DNA of 64,000 nt from Octopus vulgaris (lineage: Eukaryota): contig OX597823.1 of the NCBI GenBank assembly GCA_951406725.2, positions 93,248,001-93,312,000 of the forward strand. The letters run 5' to 3'. The translations under genes and the position numbers were made by a program. Under the pieces are notes generated by a model. It ran no database searches. It saw nothing but the letters and a program-made list of their open reading frames with translations, and was not told where the DNA came from. Positions 1-11,344 of this stretch are shown here, one piece after another; position 1 is the stretch's first letter; each line of letters starts with the position of its first letter.

Positions 1-1321
1 GCTAGAAATCCTCTTACTAATATTTTTAACTAAATTTTTGAATACTATAGGGGGATGGCATGAACCTACATTAATATAACTTAGTCTATCATTGGGCTTC
101 CTATAAGGCTTATAAATATTATTATTAAGATCTAAGGAAACGTCTAAGAAATTGACAACCGTCAGGTTAGTGTCTATAGTTATACTAAGTCCGAAGTGTT
201 TCATTAACTGGATAATATCCTTCCTAAAACGATCTTGTGCTGGTCCATTTGTATTAGCTGTTAAGGCGAGGGCATCATCTTTGTAGATGGCGAAATGTAC
301 GTTAGGGAATGTCTTACTGAAGGTATCTAGGAGAAAGAGTCCAATTAGATCACAGATGCCTGCCCCATCATATGAACCCATGCTCACATCGAAAGCGCCC
401 TCCGTGTCGGTGTTTTTTACCCACTTTGCATTCTCACTGAAAAGTAATGTCTTTCTAGCATGGAAGATTATATCCTTATCATTGGTACTAATTTCTATGA
501 AGTCACTAGCGAAGATTAGGGCTTTATCTAGCAGTTCTTTAGAGATAGAGGCATAAAAATCAACAATATCGAATTGTGTAAACCTCGCTTTTTTCTTATT
601 CTTAATAGCTTTAAACCAGTCTACGACTTCTATACTATTGGACCATTGCACTAGCCTAGTATCGGTCTTAATTTTCGTATTTATTTTATCTAAAATTTCT
701 TTGCTAATAATCCCTAGTTCTGACTTGGCTGGATTGATAAGCCTACATTTAGGATTGGAAAGGAAGTTTTCTTTGTGGTCTTTAATAGTAATAAAGGCCT
801 CTTTTTGGGGGAGGGTTTCTATTTTTTTATCTAATTTAAGTTTAGCGGCGATGACGCTAGCTTCTTTATTAATTTCGTTATATGTCTGTGCCCTAGCCTT
901 AGTATAATTATTAATGATGCTGTTGTGTAAGAGTTGTGTGTATTTGCTGTTATCTACCAGGTATAAGTTCTTGGTTTTATCCGAAAAAAGTGCTTTTTTC
1001 TTGGAGCTTTTTTATATGATCAATATCTTTTTTCAATTTATGTTGGAAATTGTTAAAAGACTTACGAAACTTTATTTTGCTCATGATCTTCAGCAGGTCC
1101 GCTTCGAAATCTTCCAAGCCTTTAATCCTAGGAGGGAATTTTTTGGATTTTATCCGATAGCAAATGTTTTCCTTGGTGTTCGCTTCTGTGTCAAAAAAGA
1201 AAGCCTTCCATCTCATACGCTTAATTACATCAGTAATTTTTTGCAGAAGTTTCTTAGAGTAAAAATTCTTTGATGGGATCGGTATATTTTTCATAGAATA
1301 ATCTATGTGATATGCGTCCAT
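1..1321 (-). pseudogene. Second tandem PLE ORF copy, frameshifted, continuing past the window edge
   Basis: Near-identical to 3911-2592. The T run at ~1008-1013 has 6 T versus 5 T at 3599-3603, giving the truncated 114-aa ORF 977-1321. Confidence 0.85.
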
Positions 1322-1526
1322 ATTAGATTCTTTTGTTTGTGAGAGTCCTCAACCGATGTTAGGCGATAATCCCAAAAAGGTCGTATTAGCTCTTAGTTGA
1401 GAATAACGTCGTCCGGGAGGTGATTTATTGATAAAACGGTAAGATAACAAAAGAAAGAAAGAGACCTCAATATTATGTAAATAGAGGAAATTTATCTATA
1501 CAATATGTTACATTACTCGGTAGTCA

Positions 1527-1589
1527 AGATAAAACTCTGAGTTTCAGATGCCGAAGTGGAAATCCACAACACCATCTCTTCGGTTATCT
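1527..1589 (-). ncRNA. Variant hammerhead ribozyme, inter-copy pLTR
   Basis: Reverse complement of 5991-6053. Confidence 0.7.
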
Positions 1590-1784
1590 GGCTATTTGAA
1601 AACGTTATGAAAAAATACCGTTAAAAATGAAGGGAAATTACTCTGTTATAACTCTGCTTTGCCTGCGTACTTATACATCGCTCGCATTTTTCGTCATAAA
1701 AATTATATAAAAATACATAAAAATATATAAAAAATATATAAAAATATATAAAATCTTCTTGGGACATAACACAGAAAGCATGTT

Positions 1785-3911
1785 CTATCCGTTTTCTTTA
1801 GGGGACCAAAAACGTAACAGAAATTTAGTCACATGTGGGCATGATCCGAAAAGCTCTGTCCTTGTATTTAGACATGTGGTAGGGTCTAAGCTGCTTTTCC
1901 AGATAAGCCATCTCTCCATGTCGCATAAACCGCACCTTCCGCTGCCGTTAGTATAGGGCTTACATCTGGCCAAAATCTTCCATTGTATGTTATAATCGAC
2001 ACCTTTATCTCTTAAAGACCAAATATGATTGGATAATTGTGTCGCTTTTCTTTTGTTCCAGTGCCTAAAGCTCAAAGTGTGGTTATTGAACCTGGCCTTG
2101 AAATTACCCTCTGTCAGGCCCACGTATTTCTTCGTCGAAACGGTGTCTTTAGTGGTTATAGAGTTTACGGTAGCTTCATATATGATGGTCTTGGACATGC
2201 AAGCTCCATTTAGCGGGCACAATTCTTTATTCCTGCATGAACAGCTGTTTTCTTCTTGTGTTTTTTGTATGTTATGATTGATTATGTTTTTAAAATTGGT
2301 AGTTGAACTAAAACTAATTTTTAAATTGTGTCTATTGAAGAGTTTCCTATAAGCATGGTTAACTGGAAAATGTCTATCTATCAGTGCTAGGAAATATTTA
2401 CCTATATTGAAGGCCACCTCGGGTGAGTAAGGGGGCGTAAACCAGATGACCTTCCTATTTCTATTATTCCTTTTCCTTATTGTTGGGCTGGTGATAGGTG
2501 TATATTTTATTTTTTCGCTAAAACCACTATCTTTTAAAGCTTTATTATAAACTGGGGCAACGCTATTGAAGATGTCCTCATTAGATGAGAGGCTAGAAAT
2601 CCTCTTACTAATATTTTTAACTAAATTTTTGAATACTATAGGGGGATGGCATGAACCTACATTAATATAACTTAGTCTATCATTGGGCTTCCTATAAGGC
2701 TTATAAATATTATTATTAAGATCTAAGGAAACGTCTAAGAAATTGACAACCGTCAGGTTAGTGTCTATAGTTATACTAAGTCCGAAGTGTTTCATTAACT
2801 GGATAATATCCTTCCTAAAACGATCTTGTGCTGGTCCATTTGTATTAGCTGTTAAGGCGAGGGCATCATCTTTGTAGATGGCGAAATGTACGTTAGGGAA
2901 TGTCTTACTGAAGGTATCTAGGAGAAAGAGTCCAATTAGATCACAGATGCCTGCCCCATCATATGAACCCATGCTCACATCGAAAGCGCCCTCCGTGTCG
3001 GTGTTTTTTACCCACTTTGCATTCTCACTGAAAAGTAATGTCTTTCTAGCATGGAAGATTATATCCTTATCATTGGTACTAATTTCTATGAAGTCACTAG
3101 CGAAGATTAGGGCTTTATTTAGCAGTTCTTTAGAGATAGAGGCATAAAAATCAACAATATCGAATTGTGTAAACCTCGCTTTTTTCTTATTCTTAATAGC
3201 TTTAAACCAGTCTACGACTTCTATACTATTGGACCATTGCACTAGCCTAGTATCGGTCTTAATTATCGTATTTATTTTATCTAAAATTTCTTTGCTAATA
3301 ATCCCTAGTTCTGACTTGGCTGGGTTGATAAGCCTACAATTAGGATTGGAAAGGAAGTTTTCTTTGTGGTCTTTAATAGTAATAAAGGCCTCTTTTTGGG
3401 GGAGGGTTTCTATTTTTTTATCTAATTTAAGTTTAGCGGCGATGACGCTAGCTTCTTTATTAATTTCGTTATATGTCTGTGCCCTAGCCTTAGTATAATT
3501 ATTAATGATGCTGTTATGTAAGAGTTGTGTGTATTTGCTGTTATCTACCAGGTATAAGTTCTTGGTTTTATCCGAAAAAAGTGCTTTTTTCTTGGAGCTT
3601 TTTATATGATCAATATCTTTTTTCAATTTATGTTGGAAATTGTTAAAAGACTTACGAAACTTTATTTTGCTCATGATCTTCAGCAGGTCCGCTTCGAAAT
3701 CTTCCAAGCCTTTAATCCTAGGAGGGAATTTTTTGGATTTTATCCGATAGCAAATGTTTTCCTTGGTGTTCGCTTCTGTGTCAAAAAAGAAAGCCTTCCA
3801 TCTCATACGCTTAATTACATCAGTAATTTTTTGCAGAAGTTTCTTAGAGTAAAAATACTTTGATGGGATCGGTATATTTTTCATAGAATAATCTATGTGA
3901 TATGCGTCCAT
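1785..3911 (-). CDS. Intact PLE polyprotein, 708 aa: reverse transcriptase + Cys-rich linker + C-terminal GIY-YIG endonuclease (tentatively Hydra clade)
   Basis: RT motifs FTQFDIVDFYASI, FDVSMGSYDGA, AIYKDD, VNFLDV, YRKPND. Linker CSCRNKELCPLNGAC. Endonuclease IIYEATV...KYVGLT...FKARFNNH, then RCGLC...E...LN...CPH. Confidence 0.93.
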   Translation of the reverse strand: MDAYHIDYSMKNIPIPSKYFYSKKLLQKITDVIKRMRWKAFFFDTEANTKENICYRIKSKKFPPRIKGLEDFEADLLKIMSKIKFRKSFNNFQHKLKKDIDHIKSSKKKALFSDKTKNLYLVDNSKYTQLLHNSIINNYTKARAQTYNEINKEASVIAAKLKLDKKIETLPQKEAFITIKDHKENFLSNPNCRLINPAKSELGIISKEILDKINTIIKTDTRLVQWSNSIEVVDWFKAIKNKKKARFTQFDIVDFYASISKELLNKALIFASDFIEISTNDKDIIFHARKTLLFSENAKWVKNTDTEGAFDVSMGSYDGAGICDLIGLFLLDTFSKTFPNVHFAIYKDDALALTANTNGPAQDRFRKDIIQLMKHFGLSITIDTNLTVVNFLDVSLDLNNNIYKPYRKPNDRLSYINVGSCHPPIVFKNLVKNISKRISSLSSNEDIFNSVAPVYNKALKDSGFSEKIKYTPITSPTIRKRNNRNRKVIWFTPPYSPEVAFNIGKYFLALIDRHFPVNHAYRKLFNRHNLKISFSSTTNFKNIINHNIQKTQEENSCSCRNKELCPLNGACMSKTIIYEATVNSITTKDTVSTKKYVGLTEGNFKARFNNHTLSFRHWNKRKATQLSNHIWSLRDKGVDYNIQWKILARCKPYTNGSGRCGLCDMERWLIWKSSLDPTTCLNTRTELFGSCPHVTKFLLRFWSPKENG

Positions 3912-4116
3912 ATTAGATTCTTTTGTTTGTGAGAGTCCTCAACCGATGTTAGGCGATAATCCCAAAAAGGTCGTATTAGCTCTTTGTTGAGAATAACGTC
4001 GTCCGGGAGGTGATTTATTGATAAAACGGTAAGATAACAAAAGAAAGAAAGAGACCTCAATATTATGTAAATAGAGGAAATTTATCTATACAATATGTTA
4101 CATTACTCGGTAGTCA

Positions 4117-4179
4117 AGATAAAACTCTGAGTTTCAGATGCCGAAGTGGAAATCCACAACACCATCTCTTCGGTTATCT
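4117..4179 (-). ncRNA. Variant hammerhead ribozyme, upstream pLTR copy
   Basis: Reverse complement of 5991-6053. Confidence 0.7.
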
Positions 4180-4216
4180 GGCTATTTGAAAACGTTATGA
4201 AAAAATACCGTTAAAA

Positions 4217-5794
4217 ATGAAGGGAAATTACTCTGTTATAACTAGGCTTATCAACCCAGCCAAGTCAGAACTAGGGATTATTAGCAAAGAAATTTTAGAT
4301 AAAATAAATACGAAAATTAAGACCGATACTAGGCTAGTGCAATGGTCCAATAGTATAGAAGTCGTAGACTGGTTTAAAGCTATTAAGAATAAGAAAAAAG
4401 CGAGGTTTACACAATTCGATATTGTTGATTTTTATGCCTCTATCTCTAAAGAACTGCTAGATAAAGCCCTAATCTTCGCTAGTGACTTCATAGAAATTAG
4501 TACCAATGATAAGGATATAATCTTCCATGCTAGAAAGACATTACTTTTCAGTGAGAATGCAAAGTGGGTAAAAAACACCAACACGGAGGGCGCTTTCGAT
4601 GTGAGCATGGGTTCATATGATGGGGCAGGCATCTGTGATCTAATTGGACTCTTTCTCCTAGATACCTTCAGTAAGACATTCCCTAACGTACATTTCGCCA
4701 TCTACAAAGATGATGCCCTCGCCTTAACAGCTAATACAAATGGACCAGCACAAGATCGTTTTAGGGAGGATATTATCCAGTTAATGAAACACTTCGGACT
4801 TAGTATAACTATAGACACTAACCTGACGGTTGTCAATTTCTTAGACGTTTCCTTAGATCTTAATAATAATATTTATAAGCCTTATAGGAAGCCCAATGAT
4901 AGACTAAGTTATATTAATGTAGGTTCATGCCATCCCCCTATAGTATTCAAAAATTTAGTTAAAAATATTAGTAAGAGGATTTCTAGCCTCTCATCTAATG
5001 AGGACATCTTCAATAGCGTTGCCCCAGTTTATAATAAAGCTTTAAAAGATAGTGGTTTTAGCGAAAAAATAAAATATACACCTATCACCAGCCCAACAAT
5101 AAGGAAAAGGAATAATAGAAATAGTAAGGTCATCTGGTTTACGCCCCCTTACTCACCAGAGGTGGCCTTCAATATAGGTAAATATTTCCTAGCACTGATA
5201 GATAGACATTTTCCAGTTAACCATGCTTATAGGAAACTCTTCAATAGACACAATTTAAAAATTAGTTTTAGTTCAACTACCAATTTTAAAAACATAATCC
5301 ATCATAACATACAAAAAACACAAGAAGAAAACAGCTGTTCATGCAGGAATAAAGAATTGTGCCCGCTAAATGGAGCTTGCATGTCCAAGACCATCATATA
5401 TGAAGCTACCGTAAACTCTATAACCACTAAAGACACCGTTTCGACGAAGAAATACGTGGGCCTGACAGAGGGTAATTTCAAGGCCAGGTTCAATAACCAC
5501 ACTTTGAGCTTTAGGCACTGGAACAAAAGAAAAGCGACACAATTATCCAATCATATTTGGTCTTTAAGAGATAAAGGTGTCGATTATAACATACAATGGA
5601 AGATTTTGGCCAGATGTAAGCCCTATACTAACGGCAGCGGAAGGTGCGGTTTATGCGACATGGAGAGATGGCTTATCTGGAAAAGCAGCTTAGACCCTAC
5701 CACATGTCTAAATACAAGGACAGAGCTTTTCGGATCATGCCCACATGTGACTAAATTTCTGTTACGTTTTTGGTCCCCTAAAGAAAACGGATAG
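4217..5794 (+). CDS. Inverted 5'-truncated PLE copy; 525-aa open frame with complete RT core and GIY-YIG, first 9 codons derived from the antisense pLTR
   Basis: From RLINPAKS onward it is nearly identical to the 708-aa ORF. MKGNYSVIT comes from the reverse-complemented pLTR before the junction at ~4241-4243. Confidence 0.8.
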   Translation: MKGNYSVITRLINPAKSELGIISKEILDKINTKIKTDTRLVQWSNSIEVVDWFKAIKNKKKARFTQFDIVDFYASISKELLDKALIFASDFIEISTNDKDIIFHARKTLLFSENAKWVKNTNTEGAFDVSMGSYDGAGICDLIGLFLLDTFSKTFPNVHFAIYKDDALALTANTNGPAQDRFREDIIQLMKHFGLSITIDTNLTVVNFLDVSLDLNNNIYKPYRKPNDRLSYINVGSCHPPIVFKNLVKNISKRISSLSSNEDIFNSVAPVYNKALKDSGFSEKIKYTPITSPTIRKRNNRNSKVIWFTPPYSPEVAFNIGKYFLALIDRHFPVNHAYRKLFNRHNLKISFSSTTNFKNIIHHNIQKTQEENSCSCRNKELCPLNGACMSKTIIYEATVNSITTKDTVSTKKYVGLTEGNFKARFNNHTLSFRHWNKRKATQLSNHIWSLRDKGVDYNIQWKILARCKPYTNGSGRCGLCDMERWLIWKSSLDPTTCLNTRTELFGSCPHVTKFLLRFWSPKENG

Positions 5795-6149
5795 AACATG
5801 CTTTCTGTGTTATGTCCCAAGAAGATTTTATATATTTTTATATATTTTTTTATATATTTTTATGTATTTTTATATAATTTTTATGACGAAAAATGCGAGC
5901 GATGTATAAGTACGCAGGCAAAGCAGAGTTATAACAGAGTAATTTCCCTTCATTTTTAACGGTATTTTTTCATAACGTTTTCAAATAGCCAGATAACCGA
6001 AGAGATGGTGTTGTGGATTTCCACTTCGGCATCTGAAACTCAGAGTTTTATCTTGACTACCGAGTAATGTAACATATTGTATAGATAAATTTCCTCTATT
6101 TACATAATATTGAGGTCTCTTTCTTTCTTTTGTTATCTTACCGTTTTAT

Positions 6150-6151
<2 letters not shown>
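5795..6151 (+). repeat. PLE 3' UTR / pseudo-LTR (other copies 1428-1784 and partial 4018-4241 on minus)
   Basis: Three essentially identical copies flank the ORFs and contain the HHR-like motif. Confidence 0.9.
5991..6053 (+). ncRNA. Variant type I hammerhead ribozyme in pLTR (CCGAAGA core)
   Basis: AGATAA-CCGAAGA-GATG..GTGG ATTT CCAC..CATC-T-GAAA-CTCAGAG-TT-TTATCT. Stem I AGATAA/TTATCT, stem II GATG/CATC, short stem III, GUU site. Confidence 0.7.
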
Positions 6152-6210
<59 letters not shown>

Positions 6211-6330
6211 TATATAGAGAGAGAGATAGATAGATAGATAGATAGATAGATATATATATATAGATATATATACATATGTACATATATATAGAGGGAGAGA
6301 GACTGACAGACAGAGAGGGAGAGAGAGCGC
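6152..6330. repeat. (TA)n/(GATA)n/(GA)n compound microsatellite, PLE target site
   Basis: Seen directly; starts immediately after the pLTR end TTTTATCAAT. Confidence 0.95.
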
Positions 6331-7337
6331 GAGAGAAAAATCGTTATTAATCCAAACAAGTGGAAGTATGGAAGAAATGAAGTTGAAAATACAGGGAGAA
6401 TATATTAGAATTAATTAGAATTTAACTATATTTTGAATTATAGGAATTCGTGTTACCGGTTTCATATGGGGTTTTCAAAAGTGTATAGCAAATAGCGCTA
6501 TGTTGCGAATTATGTCTGACTCTCTTTATAAAAATACTTTGTTTTTAAATTAGGGATGTGAATCAGAACGTCATCGGTTAACGTACAGATTGAATGGTCA
6601 TGAATGGTCAGCTTTCATGAATTTAACTCATGTGGCAGAGACGTGAGGGGAGAATATAGAAGTACTTCTCACCTGAATATGTCACATAACAGTTAGAAAC
6701 GCGAGATATGAATAAGTGATATAATAATCGTTTACATAAAAGTGCAATGGATAATTACTGCTTATTATTCTGTCGTAGAATAACATTATCATTTCGTGCT
6801 GGTTCACTCTCGTTGAATATGATGAAACATCCTTTCTTTACAAGGTTTGATGTCAGTCACATAACGAAGTGTGGAGTGAATAAAATAGAGGATGGTCGCT
6901 ACAAGAATTTTGGCTTTCTTAAGAACGATCCTAAATTGACATTCTACAATAATTAATTCATAGAAAAAGGAGAATCTTGCATTGCTGACGTTTTCTATAG
7001 CAGCAGCTCCTATTTTTAATAAACAAACATCCCTTATTAATTCTTGTTTTGTTTAGGGTATTGTTTGCTCGTTGACAGAGTGAGAAGAAATTTGGAAGTT
7101 TTGATTTTCGCGCATGTGGCCAAAAGTTAATTTAAAAATGTCCAGTTTTGGGATCAGGTGTGTGGGGGTGCGTGGGTGTCTGGGTGTGCGTGGGTGTTTG
7201 TGTGCTTACGCTCATTCTACTCTATGATAACGAAATCATCTCCTGCATTTAACCAGTTAACAAATCGATTGTTTGATTAACCAGTATAAACAATCACTCA
7301 GTTATTTTTGCCACAGCTCACTCCTCCCTATTCTCAA

Positions 7338-7383
7338 AACACCTAATGAAGGCTGGAGGGTATATCAGCCGAAGCGTTGTGTT
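7338..7383 (+). ncRNA. Decayed minimal type I hammerhead
   Basis: AACAC-CTAATGA-A-GGCTG-loop-CAGCC-GAAG-CG-TT-GTGTT. Stems I and II are perfect; two core substitutions (CTAATGA, GAAG). Confidence 0.6.
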
Positions 7384-7439
7384 AGCAACAAACAAGATGA
7401 GGACAAATATCCGTCAAATGTAAATAATGTGCATAATAA

Positions 7440-7778
7440 TGAGCCCTGATGCAGTACCAGGCAGTGGCTCACAGTTATTTGGGGTTTAGATGATTCACCT
7501 TTGGAAACATAGGGGTTTCGCTCAACATACTTAAACAACACTTATTCAGGGTCTTTTTGAGATGGATGGGTTACTCTTCCTGACGAAAATTCTAATTGGT
7601 CTCCACATGCAAGGTCGGGTGCTGTTTATCTTGATAAGAGATCACCATGTCGCACACAAATGGTTGTGATGCATGTGCTTGGTGTAGCTTTGTCAGACGA
7701 GTAGTCATGATGGGTATACTGGGCTTCGTATATTTTACCCTAGTGTCACTTTGATGGCATGCACTGCTCTCTCACTCA

Positions 7779-7845
<67 letters not shown>
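7440..7845 (+). mobile_element. Retroposon 3' end with (AAT)n tail; second diverged copy of the last ~140 bp at ~8177-8330
   Basis: caccatgtcgc..gatgcatgtgc..ctctcactc followed by (AAT)n occurs twice. Confidence 0.5.
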
Positions 7846-7848
<3 letters not shown>

Positions 7849-9146
7849 TGATAATTAACAGGTTGTAATTGAAGAAATACATCGAAGAGGCCAGGGAACA
7901 GAAGAAAGAAGAAGAAAGAAGACATGCACCCAATACCAGAGCTGAAGACACCTCCGAAAGGGGGGGCGCCACGTCAAAACGGTAGAGGAGTAGGGGCCGA
8001 AACCGGACGTGGTTCCTCCTGATGATGTCTTAAGCTAACCGGACTCTATAAAGGAGCTATTGTGGTAGCAGACCACGAAACACGGTTGTAATTCCTCCAG
8101 TATGGATGAGGCTTCATTGCTGTTGGAGATACTGTCCAGATGGAAAACAAACGACTACTAGAATATTTACAGAACACCATGTCGCGCACATATGGTTGTG
8201 ATGCATGTGCCTTGTGTCCCCTTATCAGACTGGTACTCATGATGGGTATATTGGGTTTCGTATATTTGTACCCCAGTATTACTTTCATGACGTATAATGC
8301 CCTCTCGCTCAATAATGATAATACTAATAATGGTGCCAATTTCTAGCACAAGTTCAGCAATTACTGGGCAGGCATAATTGATTAGTATCAACTCTAGCAC
8401 ACAACATATACTTATTTAATTGACACCGAAATTATGAAACGCGAAGGTGACCTCGGCAGTCTTTGGACTCAGAATGTAAAGACGAACTTGGCAATAGCGA
8501 TTTTGTTGCATGGTTAATGTCTGTGGACGCTCATGTCATTTAGAAGGCCTACGTCAGACGCAGATATCTTTGCAGGTTGTGAAGTCAATTGTTTACCGAT
8601 TACGGTTGTCTTTTTGTTTGTAAATATGCATGGACATGGATGTATACAATTTGCTCGGCATTTATGCTATTCCCTCTTTTCATCTAAAACTTCTTACGAA
8701 ATTCGGTCGATGGGATTTGATTCTTGCGAGACTTTGTAAAGAAAACTTACCGTTGGAAATATCTATACAACTGTAAAAACACAGTTAAACCAATACTAAG
8801 GTACGTAGACGATTTTGAAAATGAATACACAATTAGTGAGTAATCAACACAGACACACACACACAACACACACACATACACGCGCGAACAATTTCAATTC
8901 ATTCAAGCACACAGAGATGATCGATGACAAACTTGATAAACTACAGCAAATGTTTATAATTATCAGCCTTACAATATACATTGATAAAAACAAAATGCGT
9001 GTGAGTGTGTGCATGTGTGTGTGTGTGTTTGTGTGCACTCTCCAATATAGTGTTATACATAACATTCAACCACACGCAAGCTACGATATACTCACATGTT
9101 TATATGTCTGTGAGTGTGCGCGTGCATGTGTGCGTGTAAGTATGTA

Positions 9147-9210
<64 letters not shown>

Positions 9211-9311
9211 CGCGCGTGTGTGTGTGTGCGTGTTCATGTATGTATATGTATATGTAAATGTACATACACACTCATTTATAATGTGCAGCTGTAAAGATAT
9301 GTGTGTATTTA

Positions 9312-9444
<133 letters not shown>

Positions 9445-9587
9445 ATAGATAGATAGATATATAGATAGATAGATAGATAGATAGATAGAATGATAGATAG
9501 ATATATATATAGATAGATAGATAGATGGATGGATGGATGGGTGGATAGATAGATATACACACACACAAATACATTCATATATGAATA

Positions 9588-9618
<31 letters not shown>

Positions 9619-10511
9619 CTGTCCATGTATTTATGTAAATGCAATATGTGTACGTATACCTGAACGAAAGGAGAGAATATACATACATGCATATGTTGCG
9701 TGTATGTAAGTGCGTGTGTATCTTTGTGTCTGCGAGTATCTTTGTGTGCGTGTCTGTGTGTAAAGTGTGTGCGTGTGTATAGGAAAAAACGGGAACACAC
9801 CTATTCCAAGCATTTACGCATAAACGCACTCATTCACACACCTTACCGAGTGCTTTGACAAGAAACCTTCGTATAAAAGTCTCTTGTGGAAGAATTGTTC
9901 GCTGTCTAATGGCACTAGAGAATTATCAGGAAATCTTGTTGATGGACTCCACTGTTTTACATTGAGCCGTGGAACAATGCAGCTAATAGGAACACTCCAG
10001 CTTGTCTCTGCTAATTACTCGGTATTGCATTCATTTAGTGGAGAATCAGCAGAATTCAAAGAATTCCGCGAAATACTTGCGACTGCAACGCTCTGACACA
10101 CATACACACACGCACACACATACGATAAAAGGCACACACACACACTCATGAATATTCGAACACAAAAAAACACACAGAGAAACACAGGCACAGAAGGACA
10201 CACGCAAATAAACAGACTGACAATGTCACACCTTCCTTGTCGGGAAATAACGGATATCTTTGACAAGGAAACTAAGCATGAATATGCATGTAGACGTACA
10301 AGTTTATGCACGCATACATTTCTACGCAGGCACATATATACATACATACATACACACACACATACGTACATATATATATATATAAAATATATATATATCG
10401 ACTGATAGACAGATGATAGATACATAGATACATAGATAGATAAAGAGATCCATATGTACGTACATATATTTAGCATACATGTATTATGTAAACAGACATG
10501 TATATATGTAC

Positions 10512-10568
<57 letters not shown>

Positions 10569-11344
10569 GTTTGTATGTATGTATGTAATATGTATGTATG
10601 TATATATCTATATATATTAGATATGCATATGTATATATGTATATGTGTGTACATATATTTATATACATGCACATACACACACGTATATACATATATACGC
10701 ACACACACATATTTACATGTATATGCGTGATCGAGACAATCAGAAGGGCCAGTCAAGCTGCACCAAGACTTGCTTGATAATTTCTATTCTTCCTGTTTTT
10801 CAAAATCAATGAAGTTTCATACACACAGGCGTATGTTTGCGCGTGCGTCTCTGTGTATGTATGCATGCATTTATGTACGTATGTGTATGTATGTACGTAT
10901 GCATGTATGTCTGTATGTATGTAAGTATGCTTCTGTTCTTTGGTGCATAATGCTTTTAAAACAAGAAGTGGTGACGTTGCTATTATCTATTATCTAGCGA
11001 AACGGATACCTGTCTCTAGTTCAACGGCGGCCAACGATGTGAAATAATATGAGACACGTAAATGTAACAAATATTAACTGTTTGTCCATATTACAAATTT
11101 TCGTAATTTCGTATTGTCTTTTATTCTTTCATTGATTTGAGTGTGGCCATGGTTGCACACGACCTAACCGAAAAATTCAACCAAATCCTTACATATTTCT
11201 ACTTATTGAGTCTATGCAGTTTTGGCCGAAGCACTAGGTCACTGGGATGTGAACAAAGCAACACCTGTTGTCAAGTAATGCTGTGTAACAAAGTGACAAT
11301 ATCACACACTTACATACATACATACATACATACATATACATAAT

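Larger units (their letters stand above)
1..6151. mobile_element. Penelope-like retroelement insertion: minus-strand partial tandem (unit ~2590 bp, runs off the window's left edge) joined head-to-head to a plus-strand 5'-truncated copy ending at (TA)n
   Basis: 1-1651 recurs at ~2592-4241 (offset 2590-2591). 4241-6151 is the reverse complement of ~1428-3336. The right end abuts a (TA)n tract at 6152. Partial tandems with inversions are the established PLE insertion architecture. Confidence 0.95.

Noticed and set aside
977-1321. 114-aa ORF as a separate protein or programmed frameshift
   Set aside because: Caused by one extra base in a homopolymer; could be a mutation or a sequencing error.
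287-5820. Short ORFs antisense to the PLE ORFs (e.g. 287-556, 638-907, 2029-2277, 4432-4701)
   Set aside because: Shadow frames of the RT gene, repeated only because the element is repeated.
7945-8095. CTGAAGA...GAAACC..GGTT and CTGATGA...GAAAC..GTA motifs as hammerheads
   Set aside because: Stem I or the stem II base does not pair in register, so they are not supportable by eye.
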